Below are positions 13,360 to 24,851 of a stretch of DNA of 64,000 bases, piece by piece. Both the position numbers and the translations under genes were made by a program. The notes beneath the pieces were generated by a model that did no database searches, was not told the DNA's origin, and saw only the letters and a list, made by a program, of their open reading frames with translations. Numbering within the stretch: position 1 is the first letter of the stretch; every line of letters starts with the position of its first letter. The DNA comes from Prorocentrum cordatum (lineage: Eukaryota), in the NCBI GenBank assembly GCA_963575745.1, contig CAUYUJ010000048.1:496001-560000 (forward strand), in the 5' to 3' direction.

Positions 13360-13500
13360 GTTGGGCTATCTCTAGCTCGATGTGCAGCCTCTGGGGTGCA
13401 GTCCGTGAGAATGGTGCAACCCGAGCGTTGCAGCTCAGATCGTGCAAGTCCTGCCTCCGAGCCAGCGCAGCACTGTGTGGCGATGCCTGGAGCGCCGAGG
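13360..13500 (+). CDS. Putative exon (GWAISSSMCSLWGAVRENGATRALQLRSCKSCLRASAALCGDAWSAE)
   Basis: ccgccag|G acceptor, GAGG|gc donor, 141 nt, phase 1->1. Confidence 0.5.
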
Positions 13501-13509
13501 GCAGTGCAG

Positions 13510-13684
13510 TACAGTCGGGGCCCTGAAGCAGGAACCCTGTTCGTTGGGAAGTGGCTCGGTGTTCCTTGATTGTTTTACAGCTTGCCCTGGGTTCTCCTTT
13601 TCGACAGGAAATCGAAGGTTAACTTCTGGAAAAAAGAGGCCTCGTTCCTTAGTTAGGGTTCCTTAAGTCAATGCCCCGACTGTA
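13510..13684. mobile_element. Tc1/mariner-like MITE (family C)
   Basis: TA|CAGTCGGGG...CCCCGACTG|TA; homologous copies at 40205-40384 and 43564-43743. Confidence 0.85.
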
Positions 13685-14371
13685 GCACGTGGCATCGCTG
13701 TGTATCTTCCTTGGGGGCTACCTGCCTGGGCAGGTTTGGGGCTGCCTTTGGCTCCCGTGGAGCTCCTTTCGATGGGCCATTGGGCCGCCTTGGTGCTGCC
13801 TTGGGCCGTCACGGGCCCCATCTCGGGCGTCTGAGGAGTCTCTTGGGACCGTGTTTTGGGGGCCTTTTGGGGTCCTCTCGGGCTGTCCTGGCCGCTCTCG
13901 GGCTATTTTGGGGCTGTCTGCATCGGCTTCGCGAGTACAGTATGCAATATTTGATAGTTCCGACACGTGTTGTATGTGCTTGGCTTTTGTTTTGATGTTT
14001 CGGAGGCCTCTTGGGGCCCCTTTGGGGCCTCCTTTTGGAGCTGGCAGGTGCCGCTGGAGGCAATGGTTGGCCATTTGGTGGCTTTGGTGGCCGTCCTGGT
14101 CTTTCTTGGATGCCTTTGTCGGTCCGCCCATGAACCCTCGGTAGGGAGGCGAAGCGTGGTGCGTGGGGGTGGGGGCTTTGGAAGACGGGCAGGACACCAA
14201 CCAGACAGCAAGTGGCATTACCACGCCTCAACGTTCCAGGAGGTACGGTGGCAGATCTGGCGCAATGCATGTGGTGCGACATATGCCCTGCAACGTATAG
14301 GACGGCACGGATGCTGTGCAAGCTACATGGCACAAGCTATGCGGTGCAAGTTGAGCGGAGGAACCTGTGAG

Positions 14372-14523
14372 GTACCATCTCTGGGGTGCAGTTCACCCGC
14401 CGCGCAATATTCGTGCGTGACTACTCCCATGCTCGTGCGAAAATCGCATCCACCCATTCGCAACTTGTTGGCGAAGTTCACATTGCCATGACCTCAATGA
14501 GCGCAGACGAGTCCTTCTACCAG
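14372..14523 (+). CDS. Putative exon (GTISGVQFTRRAIFVRDYSHARAKIASTHSQLVGEVHIAMTSMSADESFYQ)
   Basis: ctgtgag|G acceptor, CAG|gc donor, phase 1->0, protein-like composition. Confidence 0.55.
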
Positions 14524-16614
14524 GCCGTGAATTGCTGGTGGCGACGGTAACGGGCGCGACGCCACCGACGATGGTGATGACAGTGGTGATGACGCTGATG
14601 CCAATAGCGATGACAGTGGAAATAGGGGCGATATTATGGCGACGACGACGACGGTGATGCTGATGAAAATGGTGGTGATGCGGACGACGGTTGCAACGCT
14701 GACGCGGGCGATGATCGTGGTGTTGGCTATGATGATGGGGAAGTGCCCGCGCGCAGAATTTGACTAGAGCGACGATGTCAACGATGATAGCGGTGACGAT
14801 GATCCCGACGATAGTGATGATGATGTTGCTGCTGCTAACGATGATGAAGATGATGCCGATGGCGATGACAATGATGACTGACGATTGTGATGACGATCGT
14901 CCTGCTGAGGATGATGAGAATCTGCTCGCCCGCAGAAATCCGGACGTCGTGACATGTTGTTCTTGAACACACTTTTTCGGGGGTGGACGGAACTCCCACC
15001 CTGACACGTCGACTAGTGAATTGTCCGTTTCGGTTCTCGAGAGGGCGCCGTTTCCGTCATTTTCCAGGCGTTCGCCCGCCAGGTTTGGGCCCGAGGTCGT
15101 TTTCACCAAACCACGCTTTGCTAAAGGGGGTTCTGTCCATCCCCTATCTTTGGTTTCGTATATGTCTGAACGCTTCTGTGCTGCCGGTGGAGGAGGGGAC
15201 CCGTTGGCTCCATGGGAGTGCGGAGGGCCAGGGGGTTGCGGAGGAGGAAGGGGGAGGCCGACGGGCAGGACGATGGGGGAGGCGCAGGAGCAGGAGGAGG
15301 AGGAGGAGGAGGAGGAGGAGGAGGAGGAGGAGGAGGATCGGCGAGGTTGGAGGCGGACGAGGACGCGGCCCTCCGCGGGGACGCTGCTGCGGGGAGTCCC
15401 CGTGCCACGCTGCGGCCTCGGACTGAGCGCCTCTGTGCCGAGTCGGGCGCGCGAGCTCCGCGGCGTTGGACGGCGGCTTCGCGCCTCCGCGAGCGCGAAG
15501 GGGACGCGCGCGCGTGGCCGCCGCGTGGTCCGACGGAGTTTTTGTTGGGTGGTCGCGCCCGTGGCGGTGGACTGCGTTCGGCGTGCGCGCGCAGGTGGCC
15601 CGCCTCCTCCTCCTACCTCCCCTATCTCCTGTCCCCTGTTTACCATCCTCCTCGTCTCCCCTCCTCTTCCTCCTCCTCTTCCATCACCCCCTTACCTCCT
15701 CCCTCCTCCCATGACTCCTCCTCATTTCCTACTCCATCCTTCACACTCCCCGGCATCTCCCTATATCCCTTCCACCTGTCCTCACCATCTCCTCCTTGCC
15801 CTCCTCGCCCCACTCCTCCTCCTCCTCCCTCCATCTCCCTCCTCCCTATTGTTCTGCCCCTCCTCTCGGGCCTTCCTCCTCCTCTTGCCGCTCTGCTCCT
15901 GAGTCTTTCCTTCATCTACCTCCTCCTCCTCTCCTCCTCCTCCTCCTCCTCCTCCTCCCCCTCTCCTCCTCCTTTTACCCCTCCATCCTCCTCCTTCATC
16001 CTCCTCTTCCTCCGCATCCCCCCATGCGAACTCAGTCCCCCTCCCCTCCTCCTCCCTCCTCCCTACATTCAGCCTTCTCGTCTTCCTCACACTTCCTCCT
16101 TCTTCCTCTTTTGCTGTCTCGCTCCCCTCCTACGCCCCTCCTCCTCCTCACCCTCGCCTCTTAACTCCTTCTCCTCCCAATACTCTCTCTCCTTCATCTC
16201 CTTATCCTCTTCCTTTTCCTCCTCCTTCTCCTCCTTGGTTGTGGCCTCACCTGCCTCGACTCACCACCCACCAAAACCACCCCAAACCAAACCCGGAGGC
16301 CTCAATTTTGTTTTGGACAGTGCGCCAGTGGATCACCCTGAATACCACTAAAGCGGGGGGGGGGGGGTCCAGAACCGCCCCCCCCTCCCTCCCTCAAGGG
16401 GGGAGGGGTTCCGGGACCCCCCCCCTCCCCCCCTTAGGGGGGGGGGGGGGGTCCCGAACCCCCCCCCCCTCCCTCCCTTGAAGGGGGGGGATCCGGACCC
16501 GAAATGGAACGAATTACAACCGACTAGTCCCAATTCCAACCGTTCGGAGCGAATTGCAACCAGAAATGAGACCAATTCCAACCAGAAGTGAGACCCATTA
16601 CAACCATGGATGGG

Positions 16615-17065
<451 letters not shown>

Positions 17066-17489
17066 TAGGAGGATCCCTTTCGCATATTTTAGACTCGATA
17101 CAATTCGGTGCGGTTTTGCTTACGCTTCGGTGCCCTCTTGCTCATCTTAACACAGTGCTCGTGCGCAGACCAAAACTGAGACCAATTCCAACTCTAGCAC
17201 GTATGTTTGCTTCCAGAACCTCTGCGTTGACATAAGAGGTGTCACTTGGTCTTCACAGTCGTCTTGTGCTTCTCTACAATTAAAATCCTATTGTGAGGCT
17301 ATCCCAAGCAGGTTGGGATTGGGCCCAGTTTGCTTTTCGCACTGGTTGGGATTGGTCCCAGTTGGTAGGGATTGGGCCCAGTTGGTTGGGATTCGGCCCA
17401 CATGCGTTCCGGACCCCCCCCCCCTCCCCCCCTTTGCGCTGAAAAGGGGGGGGGCGGGCCCCTCCCTCCCCTCGTGTAAGGAGTACGGA

Positions 17490-18760
17490 GTTGGGAGTAG
17501 GGCGTGGTGAGTAGTGAGTAGTGAGTTAGTGCGTAATGGGTAGTGAGTATTGGGTAGCGAGAAGTGGGTAGTGAGTGGCGAATACGGAGTAGGGAGGAGG
17601 GAGTGGGGAGTAGTGTGTAGAGAACAGTGAGTAGTGTGTACTGACAAGTGGGTAGTGAGTGGCGAGTAGTGAATAGTGAGTAGTGAGTAGCGAGTAGCGA
17701 GTAGTGAATACTGAGTACGGGGTAGGGAGTAATGATTAGTGGGTAGTGAGTACTGAGTAGTGAGTAGTGGGTGGCGAGTAGTGATTAGTGAGTAGTGAGT
17801 AGTTGGTAGTGCGTAGTGCGTAGTGCGTAGTGAGTAGTGAGTAGTGAGTAGTGAGTAGTGAGTACTGAGTATCGAGTAGTGAGTAGTGAGTAGTGAGTAC
17901 TGAGTAGTGAGTACTGAGTAGTACGTAGTGCGTAGTGAGTGGTGAGTAGTGAGTAGTGATGAATAGAGAGTAGTGGGTAGTGGCCGTGGGTAGTGAGTAG
18001 TGAGTAGCGAGTAGGGAGCAGCGAGTAGTGAGTAGTGAGGAGCGAGTAGGGCGTAGAGAGTAGTCAGTAGTGAGTAGTGGGTAGTGATTAGTGAGTAGCG
18101 AGTAGCGAGTAGCGAGTAGGGAGCAGGGAGTAGGGAGTAGTGAGCAGTGAGTAGTAAGAAGTGGGTAGCGAATAGTGGGTAGTGAGTAGCGATTGGTGAG
18201 TAGTGGGTAGTCGGTAGTGACTAGTGACTAGTGACTAGTGCCTAGGTAGTTGTGTGACTAGTGACTAGAGACTATGAAGTGATTAGTTAGTAGGGTAGTT
18301 AATAGTGAGTAGCGGGGAGTGGGTAGTGAGTATTGAGTAGCGAGTATGGGAGTAGCGAGTAGTGAGTACTGAGTACTGTGTAGTCAGTACTGTGTAGGGA
18401 GTAGGGTGCAGCGAGTAGCGGGTAGTGGGTAGTGAGTAGTGATTTGTGGGCAATGAGTAGTTAGTAGTGGATAGTGGGTAGTGAATATTGAGTAGTGATT
18501 AGTGAGTAGTGAAAAGGGAGTAGTGAGTAGTGCTTAGTGAGTAGTGAATATTGAGTAGTGGGTACTGAGGAGTGAGTAGTGAGGAGTGAGTAGGGAGGAG
18601 GGAGTAGTGAGTAGGGAGTAGTGAGTAGCGAGTAGTGGGTGGTGGGTAGTGAGTAGTGGATAGTGAATAGTGAGTCGTGGGTAGTGAGTAGGGGTAGTTA
18701 GAAGTGAGTAGCGAGTAGCGAGTACTCAGTAGTGGGTCGTGAGCAATGAGCAGTGAGCAC
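17490..18760. repeat. Degenerate 7-bp (GAGTAGT)n array
   Basis: About 1.27 kb of GTGAGTA variants. Confidence 0.95.
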
Positions 18761-19742
18761 TCTTTGGGGCTGGGGTTAGTGGTTGGGGTTAGGATTAGCG
18801 GTTTGGGTTAGGGTGAGGACTAGGGGTAGGGGTGGCGGGGGTCGGGTTCCGGAGTCAGGGGGCGTCGTGGCGAAAGGGGGGGAGGGGGGGGGGGTCGGAC
18901 CCCCCTCCCCCCTTTTTTGAAAGGGGAGGAGGGTGGGGGGGGGTTCCCCGACGACGGGGTCGGGGAAAGGGGGGGGGGGGGGGGGGGGTCCCCGACGACG
19001 GATCGGGGAAGGGGGGGAGGGGGGGGGGTCCCCGACGACGGATCGGGGAAGGGGGGAGGGGGGGGGTCCTAACCCCCCCCCCGTTGGGGAGATCCAGCGG
19101 CGCACCCTCCTCAATTTGCCCTCATTTTTCCAGTGTGGGGGGGGAATGGGGGGAGGGACGCATTAACAAAAACATGTATGGAACCCGTACCCCACCCCCA
19201 CCCCGAAGTCCGGGTCCTCGGGTTGGGTTGGGGTGGCCTGGTGGGCAGTCACTGATCTGGCAGAACGGCGACGCCTTGTGAGTTCTCGTGCGATTTCGGC
19301 GAGGGCGTGCGCGCTGCGTGCTGTTCTGTGTGAGAGCCACTGGCCTCGTGACAGTTTCCGACCAGCCACGTCTTGATCTCGTGAAGCACCCGCGGTCCTG
19401 GACGGATTTTGGCTTGCGCGCGCAGCGGCGCCCGCATATGCCCCGAAATGCGTTTGTTCAAGTGGTTCTTCGGACAAGTCACATCAGAGTTCAGCGCATG
19501 TGCATCGCGGAGTATTCTGCACAAGATGACCGGGGGTGTCGATATCAGGATGGTTGGCATGCTCTATGTTCAGGATGCACGATCGTGCAGAGCAAATGCG
19601 AACACGCAAATAATATGCGGAGGAGGGCCGTTATCCGTTATTCCTGGCCTGGGTGTGGGGGGCTGTGGATTCGTATCTCGTGGAACTTTTGCTTGGGGAT
19701 TCTCACTTCTCCCCTGAGGAACAAGGCCTCTCTGTTGGTCTC

Positions 19743-19763
19743 CCGTAGCCATTTTGGCTCAAG
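19743..19763 (+). other. Dinoflagellate spliced leader (DinoSL) copy, genomic relic
   Basis: CCGTAGCCATTTTGGCTCAAG matches the invariant 21 nt of the 22-nt DinoSL (DCCGTAGCCATTTTGGCTCAAG). It is followed by UTR and ORF, not by an SL-RNA intron, so it is not an SL RNA gene. Confidence 0.95.
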
Positions 19764-19809
19764 TCGATCCGCGCGCTGGCAGGGCCCTGCGGCCGTCGGC
19801 GGGCGCGGG

Positions 19810-21090
19810 ATGGCCGCGGTCGATATGCGTGTGCTGGCGCCAGCGGTGCGTGCCGCCGCTGCTGGAGCAGCCGAGGGAGGCGGGGGCCGCCATCAGGTGG
19901 CCGCGGCCGTCGCGGCTGCCATGCGGGTGGGGGCTGAGCTGCTGGCGGCTGGCGATAACGTTATGCTAGAGGTTCCGGAGGTCAAAGCCGAGGTGGACGA
20001 GCGCCAGCGGCTTGCGCGACCTCACCTTGTGGCAGCAGTGCAGGCCGGCGCGGCTGGGACGCCGATTCAGGTGTCGGGCCAGAGGAAGGCATTTCGGAAC
20101 GTCGCTCTCCACGACAAGCTTGGGGAGGGCGTCGATGCGCTGCCGAAGACGGGCGCGGAGGCGACGAGCATGCAGCGCAGCAGCAGGCGCCGCCGCCGCA
20201 AGCCCAAGGGCTCCCTTGGTGCGGGCTCCACCGACGGCTCCGAGGGGGTCGAGGACATGGAGCCGCAGCAGAAGCAGGAGACGATGGTGGACTACAAGCC
20301 GCTCGCCAAGCTCATCAATCAGGTGCAGGGCGACAAAGCAGAGCAGGTTTTCGACGGCAAGCAGGTGCAGCTGGCGGAGGTGCTGGCGGTCCTCGCAGGC
20401 GAGGTCGTGCAGCTCAAGGACCAGCTCGACGTGGTGAAGAAGGAGCGGAGGGAAGCGGTGCGTGTCAAGATGCCTTTGGACGAGCCCTTCCAGGCCGCTG
20501 CTCGCGCTGAATCCAGCGCGCAGGTCGACGGCATGCAGGACAAGTGCGAGAACGGTGACACCGAGCATATCGGGAAGGTTGGGGTGGAGGGCATCATCAA
20601 CCCCGTCGGTGGGCAGGACAAGCACGAGGCGAAGGACGGCCTCGTGGACGGAAGTGTAGCCAACGCCAAGGAGCAGATCGTAAAGACGGAGCAGGATGAA
20701 GTCTACGGAGAGCTGGAGGGCACCGCCAACCACATCACGATGAAGGTGTTCAAGGGCTCGGGCGGCTCGATGGCGCTGGCGATGCACGCCGATGATGCCG
20801 AGATCATCCCCGAGGTGAATATCGAGACGGCGGTGTACGATACCCTCGATTGCGTGAATAACCCCCCGCTTGCAGACGATCGCAATGTCGATAAGCGGGC
20901 GGAGCTGGAGGGCATCGTCAACCCCATCACTATGAGCGAGTTCTCCCCTGGGACAGTTTTGGAGGGCGGCGCGGCAGCTACCTTCGAGGAGCGGGTGCTG
21001 ACTCTCATGGCGGAGGAGGGCGTGACGCGCAGTGTGGCGACGCTCATCGCGGAGGCCATGGCTGAGGTCGACGCCAGCAAGGCGCGCTGA
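19810..21090 (+). CDS. Intronless retrogene ORF, 426 aa, hypothetical protein (Ala-rich N-terminus, basic RRRRRKPK patch, HSP70 C-terminal-like fragments)
   Basis: First ATG after the SL is at 19810 (MAAVDMRVLAP...), TGA at 21088-21090. Codon usage is strongly GC3-biased with no stops or frameshifts. ELEGTANHITMKVF and IETAVYDTLD...ELEGIVNPITM resemble HSP70 lid helices. Confidence 0.8.
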   Translation: MAAVDMRVLAPAVRAAAAGAAEGGGGRHQVAAAVAAAMRVGAELLAAGDNVMLEVPEVKAEVDERQRLARPHLVAAVQAGAAGTPIQVSGQRKAFRNVALHDKLGEGVDALPKTGAEATSMQRSSRRRRRKPKGSLGAGSTDGSEGVEDMEPQQKQETMVDYKPLAKLINQVQGDKAEQVFDGKQVQLAEVLAVLAGEVVQLKDQLDVVKKERREAVRVKMPLDEPFQAAARAESSAQVDGMQDKCENGDTEHIGKVGVEGIINPVGGQDKHEAKDGLVDGSVANAKEQIVKTEQDEVYGELEGTANHITMKVFKGSGGSMALAMHADDAEIIPEVNIETAVYDTLDCVNNPPLADDRNVDKRAELEGIVNPITMSEFSPGTVLEGGAAATFEERVLTLMAEEGVTRSVATLIAEAMAEVDASKAR

Positions 21091-24000
21091 GCTTGGGGGC
21101 GGCCTGTCGCTCCTCCTCGGAGCTCCCGTCCTCCCTCCTCCTGGCCAGCGCTGGCGACGGCATGGCGAGGCTCGTCGGAGGGTTGCTGGGAGTAGACAGG
21201 TTCGGTCAACGGTGGCCAAAAAAAAAAATTCTCTGTTGGTCTGGCGGCTATGTTGCCCCCGTCGCCACCGCGTCGCCGCCTCGTCGCCGCCCGTCATGTG
21301 GACATGTCTGTCCGTCTGGAGGCTATGTTGCCGCCGTCACAGCTGCGCCGCCGCTTCGTCGCCGCCCGTCGCCTGGGCTTGTCTGTCGGTCTGGCGGCTA
21401 TGTTGCCCTCGTCGCTGCCCCGTCGCCGCTTTAGACTGCACAGCATATGCAGCATCACATCGATTGCGCAAATATTGTACCGCATATATTCTCCTTTCTA
21501 AAAAGAGAAAAGATAGACTCCACCCCCCCTCCCGGAGTTATCCGTACCCCTCTCGGGTATGTAAGTCATATATGATTCTGACCACATGTCCACCCGAAAT
21601 ATAATTTACACTATCCCCGGGGGGCCGGGATCGGTCCCCCTGAGGTTCCCTGGTAAAAAACGATACGCGGGGACATGCTTTGTTCTAACATAAGACTTGT
21701 TCACGAATCCCTTGCAAAACATTGGACGAAGTGCACACGCGCGCGTCGTCGCGCGCGCATGCCGGAATCCTTCAAAAACCTTCGGTGTCGGAAGGATTTC
21801 GCAATCGAGTTTCCAACAAAACATACAACAACCACAGGGTTTCGCAACACAGATTTGCTAAAAAAGCTTACGCGCGAGCTCTTGCGAAAGCTTACGAAAT
21901 CCATCGGTTCTTTTTAAGATGTTCACAAAATGCTACCAAACGGGCTTCGCGCGCGCGCATGTCGAAATCTGTCGAACGCCCTTGTGCGTATGTCGTCGCG
22001 AGAATTCTTTGCAAAAGACGGGACGAAGTGCAGACGCGCGCGTCGTCGCGCGCGTATGCCGGAATCTTTCAAACCCATCGGCTTCCCAAGGATTTCAAAA
22101 CCGTGTGTTTAAAAAACCCACAAAAACAATGTTTCGCAACACGGATTTTCAACAAAAGCGTGCGCGCGCGCTCTTGCGTCGTCGTCGTCGTCGCCGTCCT
22201 CCCTCCTCCCGCGTCGTCGTCGTCGTCGCCTACGTCGTCCTCTGTCTTTCTTCGTGTTTGTCGTCGTTGTCCTCTTTGGCGTCGTGGTCGTTTCCGTCGT
22301 CGTTGTCGCCGTGGTCGTCCTTCCTCCTCCTCCCTCGTCGTCTTCGTCGTCGTCGTCGTCGTCCGTCGTCGGCGTCTCGTCGGCGTCCCTCCTATTTCGT
22401 CGTCGTCGTCGTCGTTGTCGTCGTCGTCGTCTTCCCTCCTCCCTCGTCGTTGTCGTCGTCGGCGTCGCCGTCCTTCCTCCTTCTTCGTCGTTCGCGTCGT
22501 CGCCATCCTCCCTCCTCCCTCGTCGTTGTCTACGTTGTCGTCGTCGTCGTCCTCCCTCCTCCCTCGTCGTGGGCGTCGTCTTCGTTGGCCACGTCGTCGT
22601 CGTCGTCGTCGGCGTCGGCGTCGTCGTCTTCGTCGTCGTCGGCGGCGTCATCCTCGTCGCCGTCGTCGTCGTCGTCGTCGGCGTCGTCGACGTCGTCGTC
22701 GTCGCCGGTGTCGTCGTAGTCGGTCTTAGGAGGTTTTGCGAACCAAGTTGCGGGTGTATGGGTGGGATGTTTGCAAGAGCATGGGATGTGTCAAATCATT
22801 TGTTAAAATCAATTGCACCACATAGACTGCACCATGTAGCTTGCACAACATAGTGCACCACGTGGATTGCACAACATTGATTGGCACAAAATCAATTGCA
22901 CTATGTAGCTTCTATTTTCTAAAGAGGAGATAGGTTCTACCACCCTCCCCCCCGACTTAATCGATTCCCGGGAACCTATGCAAAACACATCTGATTCTGA
23001 CCCAATGTCCCTCCTACCTGTGAAGTCATACTGTCCCAGCCAGGCCGGTATCGGTACCCCCTCGGTTCCCTTGCAAAAAAAATGTTGCACGCGCACTCGT
23101 TTATTAGACATCGTAAGCTTACAAGAATCTCTTGCAACAAATCTGACGAAGTGCGCACGCGCGCGTCGTCGCGCGCGCTTGCCGGAGTCCTTCAAAAACG
23201 GTCGGTTTCGGAAGGATTTCAAAATCGAGTGTCGAAAAACGTTACAAGACACATGGTTTCGCACAGGGGATGTTCAACAAAAGCGTGCGCGCGCTCTTGC
23301 GAATTCCTAAGAACATACGCTTTGTTTTCCAGCATTCTCATACATTGCTACCAAACGGGCTTCGCGCGCGCATGTCGAAATCGTGCGGACGCCCTTGCGC
23401 GTGTGCTGGGGTGGCACGATCCGTGTCAAATACTACCATGGGAGCCACTCTCGCGCGTCGGCCGCGCGCGCATTTCGAATTCCTTCCAACCTTCATCACC
23501 GACACGAAGACGCCGTCATCGTCGTCGGCGTGATCAGCATCGGCGCCGTCACTGGCTGCCCCGTTGTCGTTGCCAGCAGCATCACCAGCATCGCTACAAG
23601 CATCATAGCGTCCACCGTCGTCGACTTTGCCATGATATCGCGCACTCCCAAGTCGCCGAGTCGCACTGAAGTGCCCGTTGGGATGTGCCGAGCGGGCAGC
23701 GCCACCGCGTTCGCGTCGGTCGCGCCAAATTAGCTGGCCGCTGCGCGCGCGGGCATGCGCGGGCTAATGCGGCCGCAGAGGTGCACCAGCCAACACCCAG
23801 CACTCATCGCAACCGCTCCCGCGCGGGTTTTGCAAACCAAGCTGCGGGTGGGTGGGTGGGATGATCGCGCGAGCAGTGGGAAAAGACAACTTCAAATTTG
23901 GCAAATGAATTGCACCGTTTAGACAGGACCGCCTAGCTGGCACAACCTTTTTATTAAACTGCATATTGCACCGCCTGGCTTGTACAACATATGGTCCTTC

Positions 24001-24737
24001 ACATGGAGTGCCATACGTGGGTCTTCATGAGCATGTATATACTTTAACATACACATATATATACATATATGTGTGTATATATGTATATATATACACATTG
24101 CACCACATAGAATGTGCCGCATAGGTTGCAGGGCACACACACATACGTATATATATATGTATAACTAGATATACTCATACGTACACATATAACCTCTCAT
24201 ACGTTGTATCAGTCAGTCTGCATTGCATATGGTTCACCACATGTTTTACATTTATATATATATACATATACGTTTATACCTATATATATATATATACATT
24301 ACCAGTTATTTCAACTGTATAGATCGCATTTCAAGAATTTTTCAACATGTTTTGCACCACAGAGCGTGCACAATATATACTGCACCACGTGAGATTGCAC
24401 CATATACATTGCACAACATAGTTTGCACCACATATATTGCACAACGTACTTTGCACGACGCAGTGTTTGGGGTCCGCGCTGGCTAACAGTTTTTGTAGAA
24501 TGTTGAACTTGTCAATAATGTGGCCGCCGACTTCACTGCTCATGCAAACGCCCCACCCATCCACCCGCACCTTGGTGGCAAGACTCAATTGGGTTGCGAC
24601 CACGACGATGACGAATTGGATCCAGCCCGGAGCCTGGGTCGGACAGCGCCCCGGGACAGGTCTACGGCGTCGGAGTTTGAGGGGGCGATGCCTTCATGTG
24701 GCCCTGAAACCTTGCCGTCGCATCTTTTTCACATCAG

Positions 24738-24851
24738 GCATTTTCGATGGGCTGCGGGCACCTGGACCCTCCCGGCTCGATCTGGCTAGGGCTCTGGCTG
24801 TGCTTTTTGTTGCACGATGCTGCAATGCTTGGCGCAACGTCGCATCTCAGG
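24738..24851 (+). CDS. Putative exon (frame and donor ambiguous; donor at 24790 or 24851)
   Basis: ttttcacatcag|G acceptor, unique island, G|gc or G|gt donors available. Confidence 0.35.

Larger units (their letters stand above)
19729..21242 (+). mobile_element. Full-length retroposed SL-trans-spliced mRNA (processed retrocopy) with target-site duplication
   Basis: TCTCTGTTGGTCT occurs at 19729-19741 and 21230-21242 (identical 13 bp). Between them: DinoSL core 19743-19763, 46-nt 5'UTR, intronless ORF 19810-21090, 3'UTR, A11 tract 21218-21228. Confidence 0.92.

Noticed and set aside
14365..14492. Minus-strand exon reading (GHGNVNFANKLRMGG...) and similar antisense readings at 3928-4098 and 10130-10215
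   Set aside because: Plus-strand readings give a phase-consistent chain with AG|G and G|GC sites, whereas I could not chain the minus readings. They are not excluded without RNA data.
19288..21090. 600-aa ORF as a single native protein
   Set aside because: It reads through the TSD and spliced leader. The mRNA-derived unit starts at the SL, so the supported start is ATG 19810.
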